The position numbers and the translations under genes were made by a program. The notes beneath the pieces were generated by a model. That model saw only the letters and a program-made list of their open reading frames with translations. It was not told the origin of the DNA and searched no databases. This document shows, one piece after another, positions 37,271 to 49,814 of a stretch of DNA of 64,000 nucleotides. How positions within the stretch are numbered: position 1 is the first letter of the stretch; each line of letters opens with the position of its first letter. The stretch is from NCBI RefSeq assembly GCF_006345805.1, contig NC_042998.1, forward strand, positions 18,662,001 through 18,726,000, given 5' to 3'. This DNA comes from Octopus sinensis (taxonomy: Eukaryota).

Positions 37271-37475
37271 ATGACGGTGATCTGGCAAAATCGGTAGCGT
37301 GCCAGGCAGGCTGCTTAGCAGCATCGTCTCGGTTTTTGGGTTCTAAATTCATATTCCGCCAATGTCGATTTTTCTTTTCGTGGTCGATAAAACGAGGGCC
37401 AGTTCTGCACTAGAGTCGATGTCATGGATTAACTAGTGATATTTCAGGCTTTGTGACAAAATTTGAAACCAATAG
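37271..37475 (+). mobile_element. Old diverged SINE type M
   Basis: ctggcaaaatcggtagcgtgcc...ggtcgataaaa...tttcaggctttgtgacaaaatttgaaacc. Confidence 0.6.
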
Positions 37476-37538
37476 TGGTACACTCTATTTTTTTGTTTTT
37501 AGACACATTCTCAAATATATTTAAATATTTCTTATATA

Positions 37539-37870
37539 GGCGCAGGAGTAGCTGTGTGGTAACCACATGGTTCCGACGGGTTTCAGTCTCAGTGCGTTGT
37601 ACCTTGGGCAAGGGTCTTCTACTATAGCCTCGTGCCGAGCAACGCCTTGTGAGTGGATTTGGTAGACGGAAACTGAAAGAAGCCCGTCGTATATGTATAT
37701 ATATATATGTGTGTGTGTGTGTGTATGTATGTGTATGTGTGTTTGTCCCCCACTATCGGTTGTGGGGATAGAAAAGAGACCGGTAGAATGAGTACTAGGC
37801 TTACAAAGAATAAATCATGGGGTCGATTTGTTCGACTAAAGGCGGTGCTCCAGCATGGCTACAGTCAAAT
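37539..37870 (+). mobile_element. SINE type C with deletions
   Basis: Matches the 14130 family. Confidence 0.85.
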
Positions 37871-37981
37871 AAAATAATGAAAGAATTTTCGTGTAAAATC
37901 ATGCACATAATATAGCCATCTCTCTATTCCTTGCTCTCTCTGTTTCTGCTGACATTCGATTAGACATGTGTGATTTATATA

Positions 37982-38041
<60 letters not shown>

Positions 38042-38154
38042 TGTGTGTGTAAAGCAAATTATTGCAATCAATTTAATCGGAGGTACAGAATGCTCACAGA
38101 CAAAACTTTTATAACCGAAAATGTCACTCCCACACTCATGGATCACACACATGT

Positions 38155-38191
<37 letters not shown>

Positions 38192-38517
38192 GATAGATAG
38201 ATGATTCCACTGGAATGGACGAAATCGTTAATATATGATATATGATGTATAAAAATATATAGCATACTAATAAATATGTATAAGTATAAAACCATCCGGA
38301 ATTCTGAGTACCTCATTTCTTCTTGTATATGATACCTGTACATCATCTCCAAACCTTCTCATATATATATATGAAAGCACGTGGTTGAATATATAGAAAA
38401 TCGTAAAAAGTGAAAAAACTAAGAAGGCTTGTTTTAAAAGGTTAAAAAATATATATTTGAGTCATTATGTCAGAAAAATGTTATAAATTCTTTTCATAGA
38501 GTGACATAGTTTTTGAA

Positions 38518-38553
38518 GAAATTACCGGTTTCGTGTTTAACTTTTCAAATTTC
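38518..38553 (-). ncRNA. Minimal type-I hammerhead-like motif with compensatory U3-A8 core
   Basis: GAAAU UUGAAAA GU-UAAAC-AC GAAA CC GG UA AUUUC; helix I extends to ~11 bp with one bulge; palindromic ACCGGU helix III. Confidence 0.65.
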
Positions 38554-38998
38554 TCAAAATATTGTTATGATTTCGTTAAGAAGTGTATATTATATATATA
38601 TAATAGTGAACATATATAATAGTGATGATACTGGAAGTGGAACATGGAAACGATTACCGGAAAAGGGCAAATATATATATAGAAATCCTCTAATCAAACT
38701 TAGGAAACAGAATCCTCGTAGTTTCCTTGTGTGAGGAACATAAAGTCCTCAAATTCGTGAGAATATGTATTCTCATTCTAATACAACTTGATCCTAAATA
38801 GTTTCTGCATAAACTGGGTGCTTTTATTTATTTGTATGTTTTTAATTTTAACCTTTGTTACATTTCTGACCGAGTACCTTTCTATTACATGCACGAACCT
38901 CCCCCATTGCTTTTTGTAGGTGCCTTTATTTTTGGATAACATATTTTGTACTGTATGCGTGTGTCCGTATGAGTATTAAAGAAAACTACTACTGATAT

Positions 38999-39309
38999 CA
39001 CCGTGATCACCGTGACGGACCAGGCTATCAGATGTTGTTACACATCGCTGGTCACAATGTGCTTCGCATTGTCTTAACCTTCAAATGACGCCACCCCGCT
39101 GGCTAAGCGAGCAGGCCAACAGAAGAAAGAGTGAGAGAAAGTTGTGGCGAAAGAGTACAGCAGGGTTCGCTACCACCCCCTGTAGGGTCCTCGTGGAGCT
39201 TTATGTGTTTTTGTTCAAAAAACACTCACATCGCCCGGTCTGGGAATCGAAACCGCGATCCTTCGACCGCGAGTCCGCTGCCCTAACCACTGGGCCATTG
39301 CGCCTCCAC
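38999..39309 (-). mobile_element. SINE, R head plus RTE-like tail (c), with TSD
   Basis: 11-bp TSD actactgatat at 38988-38998 and 39310-39320. Confidence 0.92.
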
Positions 39310-39563
39310 ACTACTGATATAGCTGGTGTAATACACTGAAGGAAGAATTGTTTCATGTAAATAAACTCCTTAACTATATGTGTTCCGGCTCCGCACAGTC
39401 TGATTATAAAATTACGCTATGGTCAGCTTTAAATGCCATTTCGTGGTGTCTTTTTAACCCCAAAAAAAACTGCTGCACCTAAATTAGGAACAATTATTTG
39501 TGATGGTAATAGCAGCGGCGAGGGAGTTGTGATATAGCAATGATCAACGTTATAAAGAAGGCT

Positions 39564-39611
<48 letters not shown>

Positions 39612-39650
39612 ATTGTGATGGTAGTAGTAGTAGTAGTAGTAGTAGTAATG

Positions 39651-39684
<34 letters not shown>

Positions 39685-39798
39685 CAGTAATGGTGGTGGT
39701 GGTAGTAGTAGCAGTAGTAGTAGTAGTAGTAGTAGCAGTAATGGTGGTGGTGGTAGTATTAGTAGTAGTAGTAGTAGTAGCAGCAGCAGCAGTAGTAA

Positions 39799-39829
<31 letters not shown>

Positions 39830-39845
39830 TGGTAGTAGTAGTGGT
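39564..39845. repeat. Long (GTA)/(GTG) trinucleotide array
   Basis: Direct reading; source of the poly-V and poly-T ORFs. Confidence 0.95.
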
Positions 39846-40127
39846 AGTAACCTGTTGCCTGATGTCTTCGCTCGGGAGAGTAAAATCAATCGTCATAAAC
39901 AATTGCCAAAACTAATAGCTATATACTATTTAGTTCAGCCGCTTACGTACAAGCAAATTCTGCTTATTTTTCTGTACATGCAAGCCGCAATAACTGCTAC
40001 ATTAAGGGAAACCTGATCAATGTTAACTTAAGATTTGGTAGTGTTGGTTGGCAATGGAATGGATTGCCAAATCATGTCTTCTGCTGATATATGTAAAAAT
40101 ATTATCTTAGTATAAGGTGACATATGT

Positions 40128-40399
40128 AGAGGCGAGTGGCTGAGTGATTAGAGTGTCAGCATCATAATCGTAAGATTGTGGTTTCGATTCTTGGACCGGG
40201 CGGCGCATTGTGTTCTTGAGCAAAACACTTCATTTCACGTTGCTCCAGTCTACTCAGCTGGCAAAAATGAGTAACGCTGCGATGGACTGGCATCCCGTCC
40301 AGCTGGGGAACACATACGCCCTAGAAACCAGGAAACCGGGCCCATGAGCCTAGGTAGGCTTTAAAAGGGCGCATTTATTATTATTATTATTATTATTAT
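40128..40399 (+). mobile_element. SINE, K head plus V-domain-like tail (b)
   Basis: ctgcgatggactggcatcccgtccag resembles the V-SINE domain (recalled); ends in (TTA)n. Confidence 0.85.
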
Positions 40400-41381
40400 G
40401 AAGTGACATAGAACCCGTTTTATGCGGAAGATTCTTGTATTAGAGAACTTGCTATAAGACAAAAACAGCTATATAAACCATATATAATACAGAATTGTGA
40501 TTTTTGGATTCATTTATTTCATTTTAATTAATGTCTGGCTCTCAAAGCTGGATACTGTTGGTGATGCTGCTAGTGATGCTGCTGGCACATCCTCTAAGTA
40601 GCATTCGATAGCAAGATGAAGGCATATTTTATCATTTTTTTCATGTTTGAAAATTCTCATATATTGAAAACATTATTTTAAAATGAAACAAGATAAGATT
40701 TAAGATTTTTAAACCTATTAAATCCAGATACATACCAAGTAACCTACGGTAGCGTTTTAAAATAAGTTTAATGAATGCAATTCTCATTGCACAATTGCAG
40801 CATAATAACAACTTGTAAAAGCAAAATAATTGAATTCCTTTATTCGTAAAGATAATTTATTCTGCCATCAGTGATACGATAGATGTTTCAAACATAAATA
40901 TACTTCACTTGTTTTTCTCTAGTTCCATATCAGAGTTAATGAGGAGATCTATAATCAAAGGCGTTTGAAATGTGATCAGCTCCTCTTTTCTCTTTAGGCA
41001 TAATGCTGCTAGGATTTATCATAGATTATATCCATGCTTTATTAAGATGTTCATGTGTGACTTAAAAGCGATTTGATTGCACTTTATATCAGTCAGGTCA
41101 AGCAACCATATAGATCCTTTCCGTTTTGGTTCTGCGTAGCACTAAGAACTGAGTTCTTGTTTAACTCTTGGCCAAATCTGACAAAATTGACCTGAGACCA
41201 AAGTCATTTTAGCCGTATAGAGTGTTATTTATTTGTTTTTTTTATGTCACAAGGGTAAATCTTAGCGAAATTTGGCTGGTATTTCTTCTGTGGTGATGGA
41301 CCACATTTATTGGTGTCTCAAATACATTTAAATGACTGTAATACTATTTTCTGGGATGAAACTTAATCGAGTCTTTACATA

Positions 41382-41616
41382 TATTTCTTTACTGCCCACA
41401 AGGGGCTAAACATAGAGGGGACAAACAAGGACAGACAAAGGGATTAAGTCTATTACATCGAACCCAGTGCGTAACTGGTACTTAATTTATCGACCCCGAA
41501 AGGATGAAAGGCAAAGTCGATCTCGGCAGAATTTGAACTCGGAAACGTAACGACAGACGAAATACGGCTACGCATTTCACCCGGCGTGCTAACGTTTCTG
41601 CCAGCTCGCCGCCTTT
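41382..41616 (-). mobile_element. SINE type M with TSD
   Basis: 15-bp TSD tcgagtctttacata at 41367-41381 and 41617-41631. Confidence 0.92.
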
Positions 41617-41731
41617 TCGAGTCTTTACATAGTGAGGCGATTTGTTAAAGGCATATCTCAAATCACGAGCATAATATTCGAGAAATATATGAAAGTGCAA
41701 ATTCAATAATATAGTCTAAGACATACTTAAA

Positions 41732-42056
41732 GGAGCACTCTGTCGGTTACGACGACGAGGGTCCCAGCTGATACGATCAACGGAACAGCTTGCTCGTGGA
41801 ATTAACGTGCAAGTGACTGAGCAATCCACAGACACGTGTACCCCTAACGTAGTTCTCAGGGAGATTCAGCGTGACACAGAGTGTGACAAGGCCGGCCCTT
41901 TGAAATACAGGTACAGCTCATTTTTGCCAGCTGAGTGGACTGGAGCAACGTGAAATAAAGTGTCTTGCTCAAAGACACAACGCGTCGCCGGGAATCGAAC
42001 TCACGACCTTACAATCGTCAGTCGAATGCCCTAACCACTAAGCCACGCGCCTTCAC
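41732..42056 (-). mobile_element. SINE, K head plus tail a
   Basis: Head gtgaaggcgcgtggcttagtggttagggc; tail shared with 15143. Confidence 0.9.
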
Positions 42057-43090
42057 TAATATTTTATTGAATGAACGAAAACAGGATGGTCACTAACAGA
42101 ATACATTTCTCCTACCATGCAAAATTTGTTTTGTTCTTGTTTATTTAAAGTGTTTTGGTTTTCGAACATATCAATCAATCACGTGTGCTTGTATCCTTTT
42201 TTCTGCCATCCATCCTTTTATTCTTTCCTATGATATTTTTCACGTGCCTTTTCTTGTCCTCCATATTCTTTGTCCTTTTCTCCTATTCTTCTAACGTTCT
42301 ACGTTTTTACTTATTCTTTATATTTTCTTTCACCGTTTCTTTTTTTTCACTTTTTTTCCTTTCACTAAATTATCCTCTCTAGTCCCATTTTCTTCAGTAT
42401 TGTTTCTACATTTTTTTTGTTTCTTCTTTAAGGTTAACTCGTTCTTAAAATTCACTTTGATATATGCAACATTTTTCAAACTCTGGAATGAAAGCGAAAA
42501 ATTAATCGAAATCCTTAACGTTCCTGCGTTAACTTTTTTGAACAATCACTCTGGAACTATATAGAAGATACCACCTAAATCTTTCACATGATGAAACGAG
42601 ATCAACTTTTATGCCCCAAACAACATTATCTTTCAGCGAAATCCAAGATCATAACATAATAGCTTCTGATTTAGACACAAGGTCGACAATCTTATCACTA
42701 GTATAAAATAGCGATCAACTACTGGCTTCGATGTTATCAACTTATCTAGTTTACTGACTTTGAGCCCAAATTTTAAACCACTGTAAATGTTAGGGTTGTG
42801 AATCGTCAGAGAATCGGATTAAATGTATCACGGCATTTATTCTAGCTCTTTGCTTTCCAAGATGAAAACCCACCAAAAGCAGCTTTCCTTTTTATCTTTA
42901 GTAAAAGGCGAAAGATTTATCCGCTCGGGGTGAGGAGAAAACAGAGTATCTTGCCGGGTTCGATGAAATCAAGTATCAGTCAATTACTGGTATGAATCTA
43001 GTGTACTATTCCCCTCCCTGAAACTTCAGACCTTGTCTTAGCTTAAAAAGCGAAGTATTATTATTAACTATTAGCCCTTTCCCATAAATG

Positions 43091-43404
43091 TGGAGGCGCA
43101 ATGGCCCAGTGGTTAGAGCAGCCGACTCGCGGTCGGAGGATCGCGGTTTCGATTCCCAGACCGGGTGTTGTGTGTGTTTATTGAGCGAAAACACCTAAGG
43201 CTCCACGAGGCTCCGGCAGGGGGTGGTGGTGGTGACCCCTGTTTTACTCTTTCGCCCCAACTTTCTCTCACTCTTTCTTCCTGTTTCTTGAGTAACGCTG
43301 CGATGGACTGGCGTCCCGTCCAGCTGGGGGGAACACATACACCATAGAAATGGGGAAAACCGGGCCCATGAGCCTGGCTAGGCTTGAAAAGGGCGCATAA
43401 ATAA
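43091..43404 (+). mobile_element. SINE, R head plus V-like tail (b)
   Basis: R head as at 15143, tail as at 40128. Confidence 0.9.
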
Positions 43405-43421
43405 ACTATTATTAACATGAC

Positions 43422-43630
43422 TAAAGCGGCGTGCTGGCAGAATTCTTTGCACGCTGGAGAAAATGTTTAGCAACATTTAATCTGTCGCTAGGTTCTGAGT
43501 TCAAATTCCGCCGAGACCGACTTTGCTTTTCATCCTTTCGAAGTCGATGAAATACGTACCAGTTGTACACTAGGGTCAATGTAATCCAGTAGCCCCTTCC
43601 CACAAATTTCTGACCTAGTCACCGGAGTAG
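43422..43630 (+). mobile_element. Diverged SINE type M
   Basis: aaagcggcgtgctggcag...ttctgagttcaaattccgcc...ttttcatcctttcgaagtcgat. Confidence 0.75.
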
Positions 43631-44019
43631 ACAGGATTATTTTTTAACATGATTTTTATTGTTGATGTTTCTTAAAATTGGATCTGCTCTTGTTCTTATT
43701 CTCGTTAGTTTTGTTGTCCGTCGATGTTGTTGGCATTTGTACTATTTGTGTTATAAATGGCTACTTGGCGGGACAGATTCAGACAGTGGTGGTTGTTGCT
43801 ATGGTTATTGCTGTTTGTATTTAGATCCAGTTCAAATCTGATTGATGAAAGCTTAAATATCAAAAGCATTCGAACCATGACTATTCATTCAGTAGTCTTC
43901 TCGGAGAGGAAAATGTAGCTGTTATTTCCAGCAGGTCGATTTAGCACGTAGAAACTTCCGCGTTGCCTCGAACTGATGCCATCGCCGGAGATTGTGTAAT
44001 GAACAGTACAAGTAGCAGC

Positions 44020-44038
44020 AGCAGCGGCGGCAGTAGTA

Positions 44039-44082
<44 letters not shown>

Positions 44083-44092
44083 GGTAGTAGTA
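44020..44092. repeat. (AGC)/(AGT)/(GGT) microsatellite
   Basis: Direct reading. Confidence 0.9.
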
Positions 44093-44713
44093 GAGACTCG
44101 TTGCCTGTTGTTCTCGCCGATTTGTATTGTCATGGTTGCTGAATTTTATTATTAGCTGGTTCAATTGATTGCTCCATAGAAAACAATTGCTGTTGTTGTT
44201 GTTGTTAGTATGGTGTTTGTGAAGCAGTTGGTGATAGGGTATTGGTGATACTGAAGGAAGAAAATAATGGTGCGTGCGGGCTGTGGTGGCTGTGGTGGCT
44301 ATTATTGTTGTTGTTGCTGCTGTTGTGGTTATGGTGTGGGCGACATCAGAACAAGTATTCGTGTATAAGGATAAGAGATGAAATCGAAATTGCTGGAGAC
44401 GGCTATGATGCTTTTGGCGGCAATGAGGGCTGCGGCGGCGGCGGCGGCGGCAGTGGTGGTGATGGTAGTGGTGATGGTAGTGGCGATGATAGTCTAGTCC
44501 TGATAACTATGTTGGTGGCTTTGTTGCTAGCATGGCTGGTGCTTATTCAAGGTAATACTGCTGTGTAAACGGTGGTAGTTTAACAGCGGTTTATTGATAT
44601 TTGATGGAGATGGAAGAGAAGTTGTTGATTCGAGATGGTGATGGTAAGAAGGCAATGGTGAGAGCAGTCTGGCTAGTGATGAAAGTCTATTCTGTGATGC
44701 GGGCTCAATGGTA

Positions 44714-45097
44714 TCTCTCTCTATATAAACGGCAGTTTGTCTGTGCGTGTTTCTGTGTGTCTGTTTTCTTGTACCCTCACCCTGACCACGGCTTTCAACC
44801 GATTCTGATGAAACTTGACACACACATAGCCCAATGTCATAATTCAAAACTAACGCAGCGAAAATTTTGAAAAGTTCCCCCAGTTCTGAAAAAAAATCGA
44901 TAAATTCGACATGGGGTCGAGAATCAGAAACACAAACCGCAAACTGTCTAGGGGATGCAACTCCACCTTTTTTAACTAAAAAAAAATTTACCATCATTTT
45001 TTTCCATTTTTTTTGCTATTTTTTGGCTATAACTCTCTAAAAATGCTTTATAGTTATTTCCCTTACAAACCTGAGCAACGCCGGGCGATACTGCTAG
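44714..45097 (+). mobile_element. Non-autonomous Helitron, second family
   Basis: A|TC start, 3' cctgagcaacgccgggcgatactg CTAG|T. Confidence 0.75.
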
Positions 45098-45386
45098 TAG
45101 TTGATAAAAGAAAGAAAAAAAAAAGAAGAGAAAAGAGGGAGTGGGTAAAATAATGGTTGGATCAGTGGTATAAGCGGTGAAAGCAATCCTGCTGGTGTTG
45201 AAGGTTTGGTGGTTATGATCATAATGTACTACTGGTGATACTGGCAGAGATCATGGCGAAAATAAGTGATATATATATATATATTTCGAATGTCCTGTCC
45301 GTGTTTATTGTGTCGTCTTCTTGAGTTATACGTTCTTGTCCATGTTGTATTTTTCTACATACCTTAATATATATATATATATATAT

Positions 45387-45772
45387 ACTCTTTACTGCCG
45401 TCATGCTGGAGTACTGCCTTTAGTCAAGCAAATCAACCCAAGGACTTATTCTTTGTAAGCCTAGTACTTATTCTATTAGTCTTATTTGTTGAACTGCTGT
45501 TACGGGGATGTAATCACACCAAATTCGGTTGCCAAGCAATGGTTGGGGGACAAACACAGACACACAAACATATGCATACATATATATATATATATATATA
45601 CATATATACGACAGGCTTCTTTCAGTTTCCATCTACTAAATCCACTCACAAGGCTTTGGTCGGCCCGAGGCTATAGTAGAAGACACTTGCCCAAAGTGCC
45701 ATGCAGTCGGAATGAACCCGGAACTATGTGGTTGGTAAGCAAGATACTTACCACACAGCCACTAATTCGCCT
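45387..45772 (-). mobile_element. SINE type C
   Basis: Reverse complement of the 14130 family. Confidence 0.85.
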
Positions 45773-47690
45773 ATATATATACATACATACAAACACATAT
45801 ATACATATACACATATATAGGCATATATACATGTATATATATATATATTATATATATATATATATATATATGTATAAGAATATATATAATATAAATAGAT
45901 ATAGATAGATAGATACGTATATGTTGCCATTTACATATACATATATACGTATATGTAGACACACACACACACACACATATACACATATATAAATATGCAT
46001 ATATATACATATATATATATATATATAAAAATATACATATATACATATATATATATATAAAAATACGTTATGTGTGTCTGTGTGTGAGTGCGTTTTTTTT
46101 ATTAAAGTATTTATTGTTTGTTGTCTTAAGCCGTTGAGCTCCAAAGTCGTTAAGTTGTTGTGTGGGGTCTTAAGACTGATATAGCTGTGGTATAATATAA
46201 TGAAACGCAGTATAATGCAGGGTAGTCTAGTGTAATGCATCGAAGTGTATTGCAGCGCAATGGAGTGTAATACAGTGCGGTGTTGTGTAGAATAGTGCCT
46301 GGAAGACTTCCAGTGTGTTTTATGCTTCTAGTGAAATGTTAGTTTGTGTCCCAAAACCACAACATATTCTAAATATTGCAAATATTCCCATATAATAAAC
46401 TCTTTGGTTCGTTCATTTGTTTAGAAATTAATATACATACATATATTCTATCGTCTAGTATTGCAGAGTGGTAAGCAGGAACGTTGCCAAATTAATGTCG
46501 GTTGCGTGCTTGTGGTGGTGGTGGTGACGGTGGTGGTCCTGGTGTTGGTGCTGTGGTGTTCATTTTGATGATGCTGATTGTGCTAGTGAGGATTGCGGTG
46601 GTGGTGATAGTGGTGGCGGCGGTAGTGATGGTGGTGGTAGTGGTAGAAGTTAGACGGTGGTAGACGTAACTTGACCGTTGTGGTTCTGACCTTGGTTGTG
46701 ACGGTTGGCAAGGAGGTAACGATGGTCATTATGCTGGTGGTGTTGGTAATTCTGGTGGGTCATGTTTCTACTGGTGATGTTTATAGTGGCAGTGAATTTG
46801 ATTTCCGTTATTTTGTGGTCAATAAATAAAGTTCCAATCAAATTCCAATAACATTATCCCTTTCATTCTAATGTATAAGTATACATACATAGATGCATAT
46901 ATGTATGTATGTATGTATGTATATATTTATATATATATACATACATATATGCATATTTGTGTGTGTATATATAGATAGATAGATAGATAGATATGCATAT
47001 GTATGTGTGTATATATATAGAGAGATATGCATATGTATGTGTATATATAAATATATATATAGATATATATGTAGTTATGCATGTATATATATGTATATAG
47101 ATATATATGTAGTTATGCATATATATATATATATATATACATACATACACAAACACACGCACACACACACACATATATTGTCGACACTTTATTTTTATGG
47201 AACAATATAAGATACAATACACATTTCTCTTTGAAGTGGTGAAGTACTCTTATAGTTTGTGCTTAGTATAATGATAAAACAGGATTTTGTGACACATTTC
47301 CTGCGATAATTAGAGGTGTCGGTTAAAGACTTTTCCTTTCAAGCCGTCCAAGATCGATGAAATAAGCATTAATCAAGCACTTGAATCGAACCAATCGATT
47401 ATAATACCTCCCTTCTAAAATTATCTAGTGTTATGTTTATGAAATCAATATCACGCTTATCAGTTATTATACAGACACTCCATTTCCCACATATCTTCAA
47501 CTTATACTTCTTTCGACACCAAAACAAACTATCACCACTACTCATACCATAAGCATTAATTCTGATTCCTCCTCCAGTTTTAACCAATCAGCGTCCAGTT
47601 GTCAGGTCAACTGAACTGGCTTCGTGTTAAATTAATGTGTAAGTGGGTGAGTATTCTACAGACAGGTGATCGTTAACGTATTCCTGAAGT

Positions 47691-47969
47691 CCGTTGGTTC
47701 TCAGCCATATTTTTCCTAAAGAGCCTTTGATTGCTGTTTCGCTCTGATGGACCCGTATAAACATTTGATCTTTAAAAAAAATCTCCCATTATGTTTTTAT
47801 AATCAAATATTATTATGAATTGTATAAAAATAAATTGTTAAAATATTTTGTGGGTCGATAAATATTTTGTGTAAATAGAAATATAACCAATTTATTGTGC
47901 ATAAATCTTTAACAACAAAATCTTCTATAGACCTGCAAGGGTCATGTTGACCCCGGTTGAGAATCACAG
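47691..47969. mobile_element. hAT-like MITE, degraded
   Basis: Imperfect TIRs ccgttggttctcagcc and ggttgagaatcacag. Confidence 0.55.
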
Positions 47970-48201
47970 CCCTAGCCGAATGAACTTGTCAAAATACGTG
48001 CCAAGACAGAAGCTCCAAATTATAGGTACAATCCATGTAAAAAGTTTTCACAGTATCCGTCAATCAGTTTCACCATAAAGTCTTGGTGGGGGTCACTTGA
48101 ATCTATCTTAGTAAATATCATGCCGTAGGGCCAAACTTGAAAGCGCATGCATACCAGGTGGATTTCTTTGCTCTTTGACGTTCACACCGCATACACTAAT
48201 G

Positions 48202-48495
48202 CAAGGTTTGTCAACCGAGGTTCATATAAGCATTTTGAGGGTCTACGGATGCAATATAGTAAATTTATGGTTCACGTTAATCTTTCAGGGGCCAGAAAAA
48301 ACTATGCTTTAGACCAGTTAAGTTTGTGCCATAAACTTGTTATACGTCCTCAATACACAAGATATTTTAACAGTTATTTGTAATTTTAAAAAAACGTATT
48401 AATTATAAAAATTCAATAGGAATGACTATACGAGTCCGCTCAAGTAAATTAAGAATCAAAGGGATTCACAGTTAAAAAATGGTTGAGAACCCCTG
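48202..48495. mobile_element. hAT-like MITE
   Basis: TIRs caaggtttgtcaacc and ggttgagaacccctg; degenerate 8-bp TSD cactaatg/cattaata. Confidence 0.65.
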
Positions 48496-48521
48496 CATTA
48501 ATACACTCACCAACGTTTCTT

Positions 48522-48770
48522 ATTTCTTTATTGCCCACAAGGGGCTAAACAAAGAGGGGACAAACAAGGACAAAGGCATTAAGTTGATTACATCGACCCC
48601 AGTGCGTAACTGGTATTTAATTTATCGACCCCAAAAGGATGAAAGGCAACGTCGACCTCGGCGGAATTAGAACTCAGAACCTAACGGCAGACGAAATACC
48701 CGTATGCATTTTGCCCGACGTGCTAACGCTTCTGCCAGCTCGCCGCCTTTGACAAAGGGATTAAGTCCAA
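48522..48770 (-). mobile_element. SINE type M with TSD and 20 extra nt at its 5' end
   Basis: 15-bp TSD tcaccaacgtttctt at 48507-48521 and 48771-48785. Confidence 0.9.
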
Positions 48771-49496
48771 TCACCAACGTTTCTTTCATCCTCATTGAAA
48801 CAATCATCACCACTAGGCAATAAAAATAGCACACAATAACTAATATCACCGAGAACAACAAATGAAAGCACCATAGCTAAATATAGATTAACAGGGAAGT
48901 AGTGTTCTGCCATATTGTTTTGTACACATTCAGTCGTAAACAATAAACTTATAGGATGTATTTGGACTTTCGACCTGTTTGTGTTTGCATTTCGTCAATT
49001 GAAATTATACAAAAGCGGCTTCCGGAACATTGTTCCAGCCTCAGCTTTGGGGAGGAATTTTCCGTCCAGACTGTCTGTGGCCCTTAATAACTGGCTCAGA
49101 GAGGAAGTAGGTGTAGTCGGGGTAAAGTGCTGGTTCATTTTTAGTGTTTATCATTGTTGTGCTAAATTTTGTTTTTGCTGTTGTGACTGCTGTCCTTTTT
49201 TGTGTTCTCCTCGATCAGACTTGAAAGAACAGATCGATCAACAATGAACAAGCCAATCCAGTTCTAAACACATAACTGATTATTCCAGAGCATTGTATCC
49301 TGAACAGCATTACCAAATGTAGCATTTTATAAAACGCTAATGAATGCTTTGAGGGAGGCTTGGCTGCTATTTGTACCAGCCTTAAGACAATGTAGATGCT
49401 TTAATTTCATACCTGTATCATATCCTAAAATAAATATCCCATATTCTGGACCTTCTATGTATTATGACATTTATGGATGCACGAACACATCTCAGG

Positions 49497-49814
49497 TGTT
49501 TGTTTGTTGTTTGTTTGTTCCTTCTCGAGCCATGCCTGGCTCATTAGGGTCGGTTTCCCGGTTTCCTGGGCGTATAGGTCCCCCACCTGGACGGGACGCC
49601 GATCCGTCGCAGGTGAGTTGCAAGATGTAGGAGGAAAGAGTGAGATAAAGTTGTGGCGAATGAGTCAACAGAAGTTCGCCATTACCTTCTGCCAGAGCCG
49701 CGTGGAGCTTAGGTGTTTCGCTCATAAACACACACATCGCCCGGTCTGAGATTCGAACCCGCGATTCCTCGACTGCGAGTCCGCTTCTCTAACCACTAGG
49801 CCATGTGCCTCCAC
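49497..49814 (-). mobile_element. SINE, R2 head variant plus V-like tail
   Basis: Head ggaggcacatggcctagtggttagag; near-identical to 56636-56919. Confidence 0.88.

Noticed and set aside
43091-43165. tRNA-like sequences at the SINE heads
   Set aside because: No complete cloverleaf, and each continues directly into a SINE body, so they are not called as tRNA genes.
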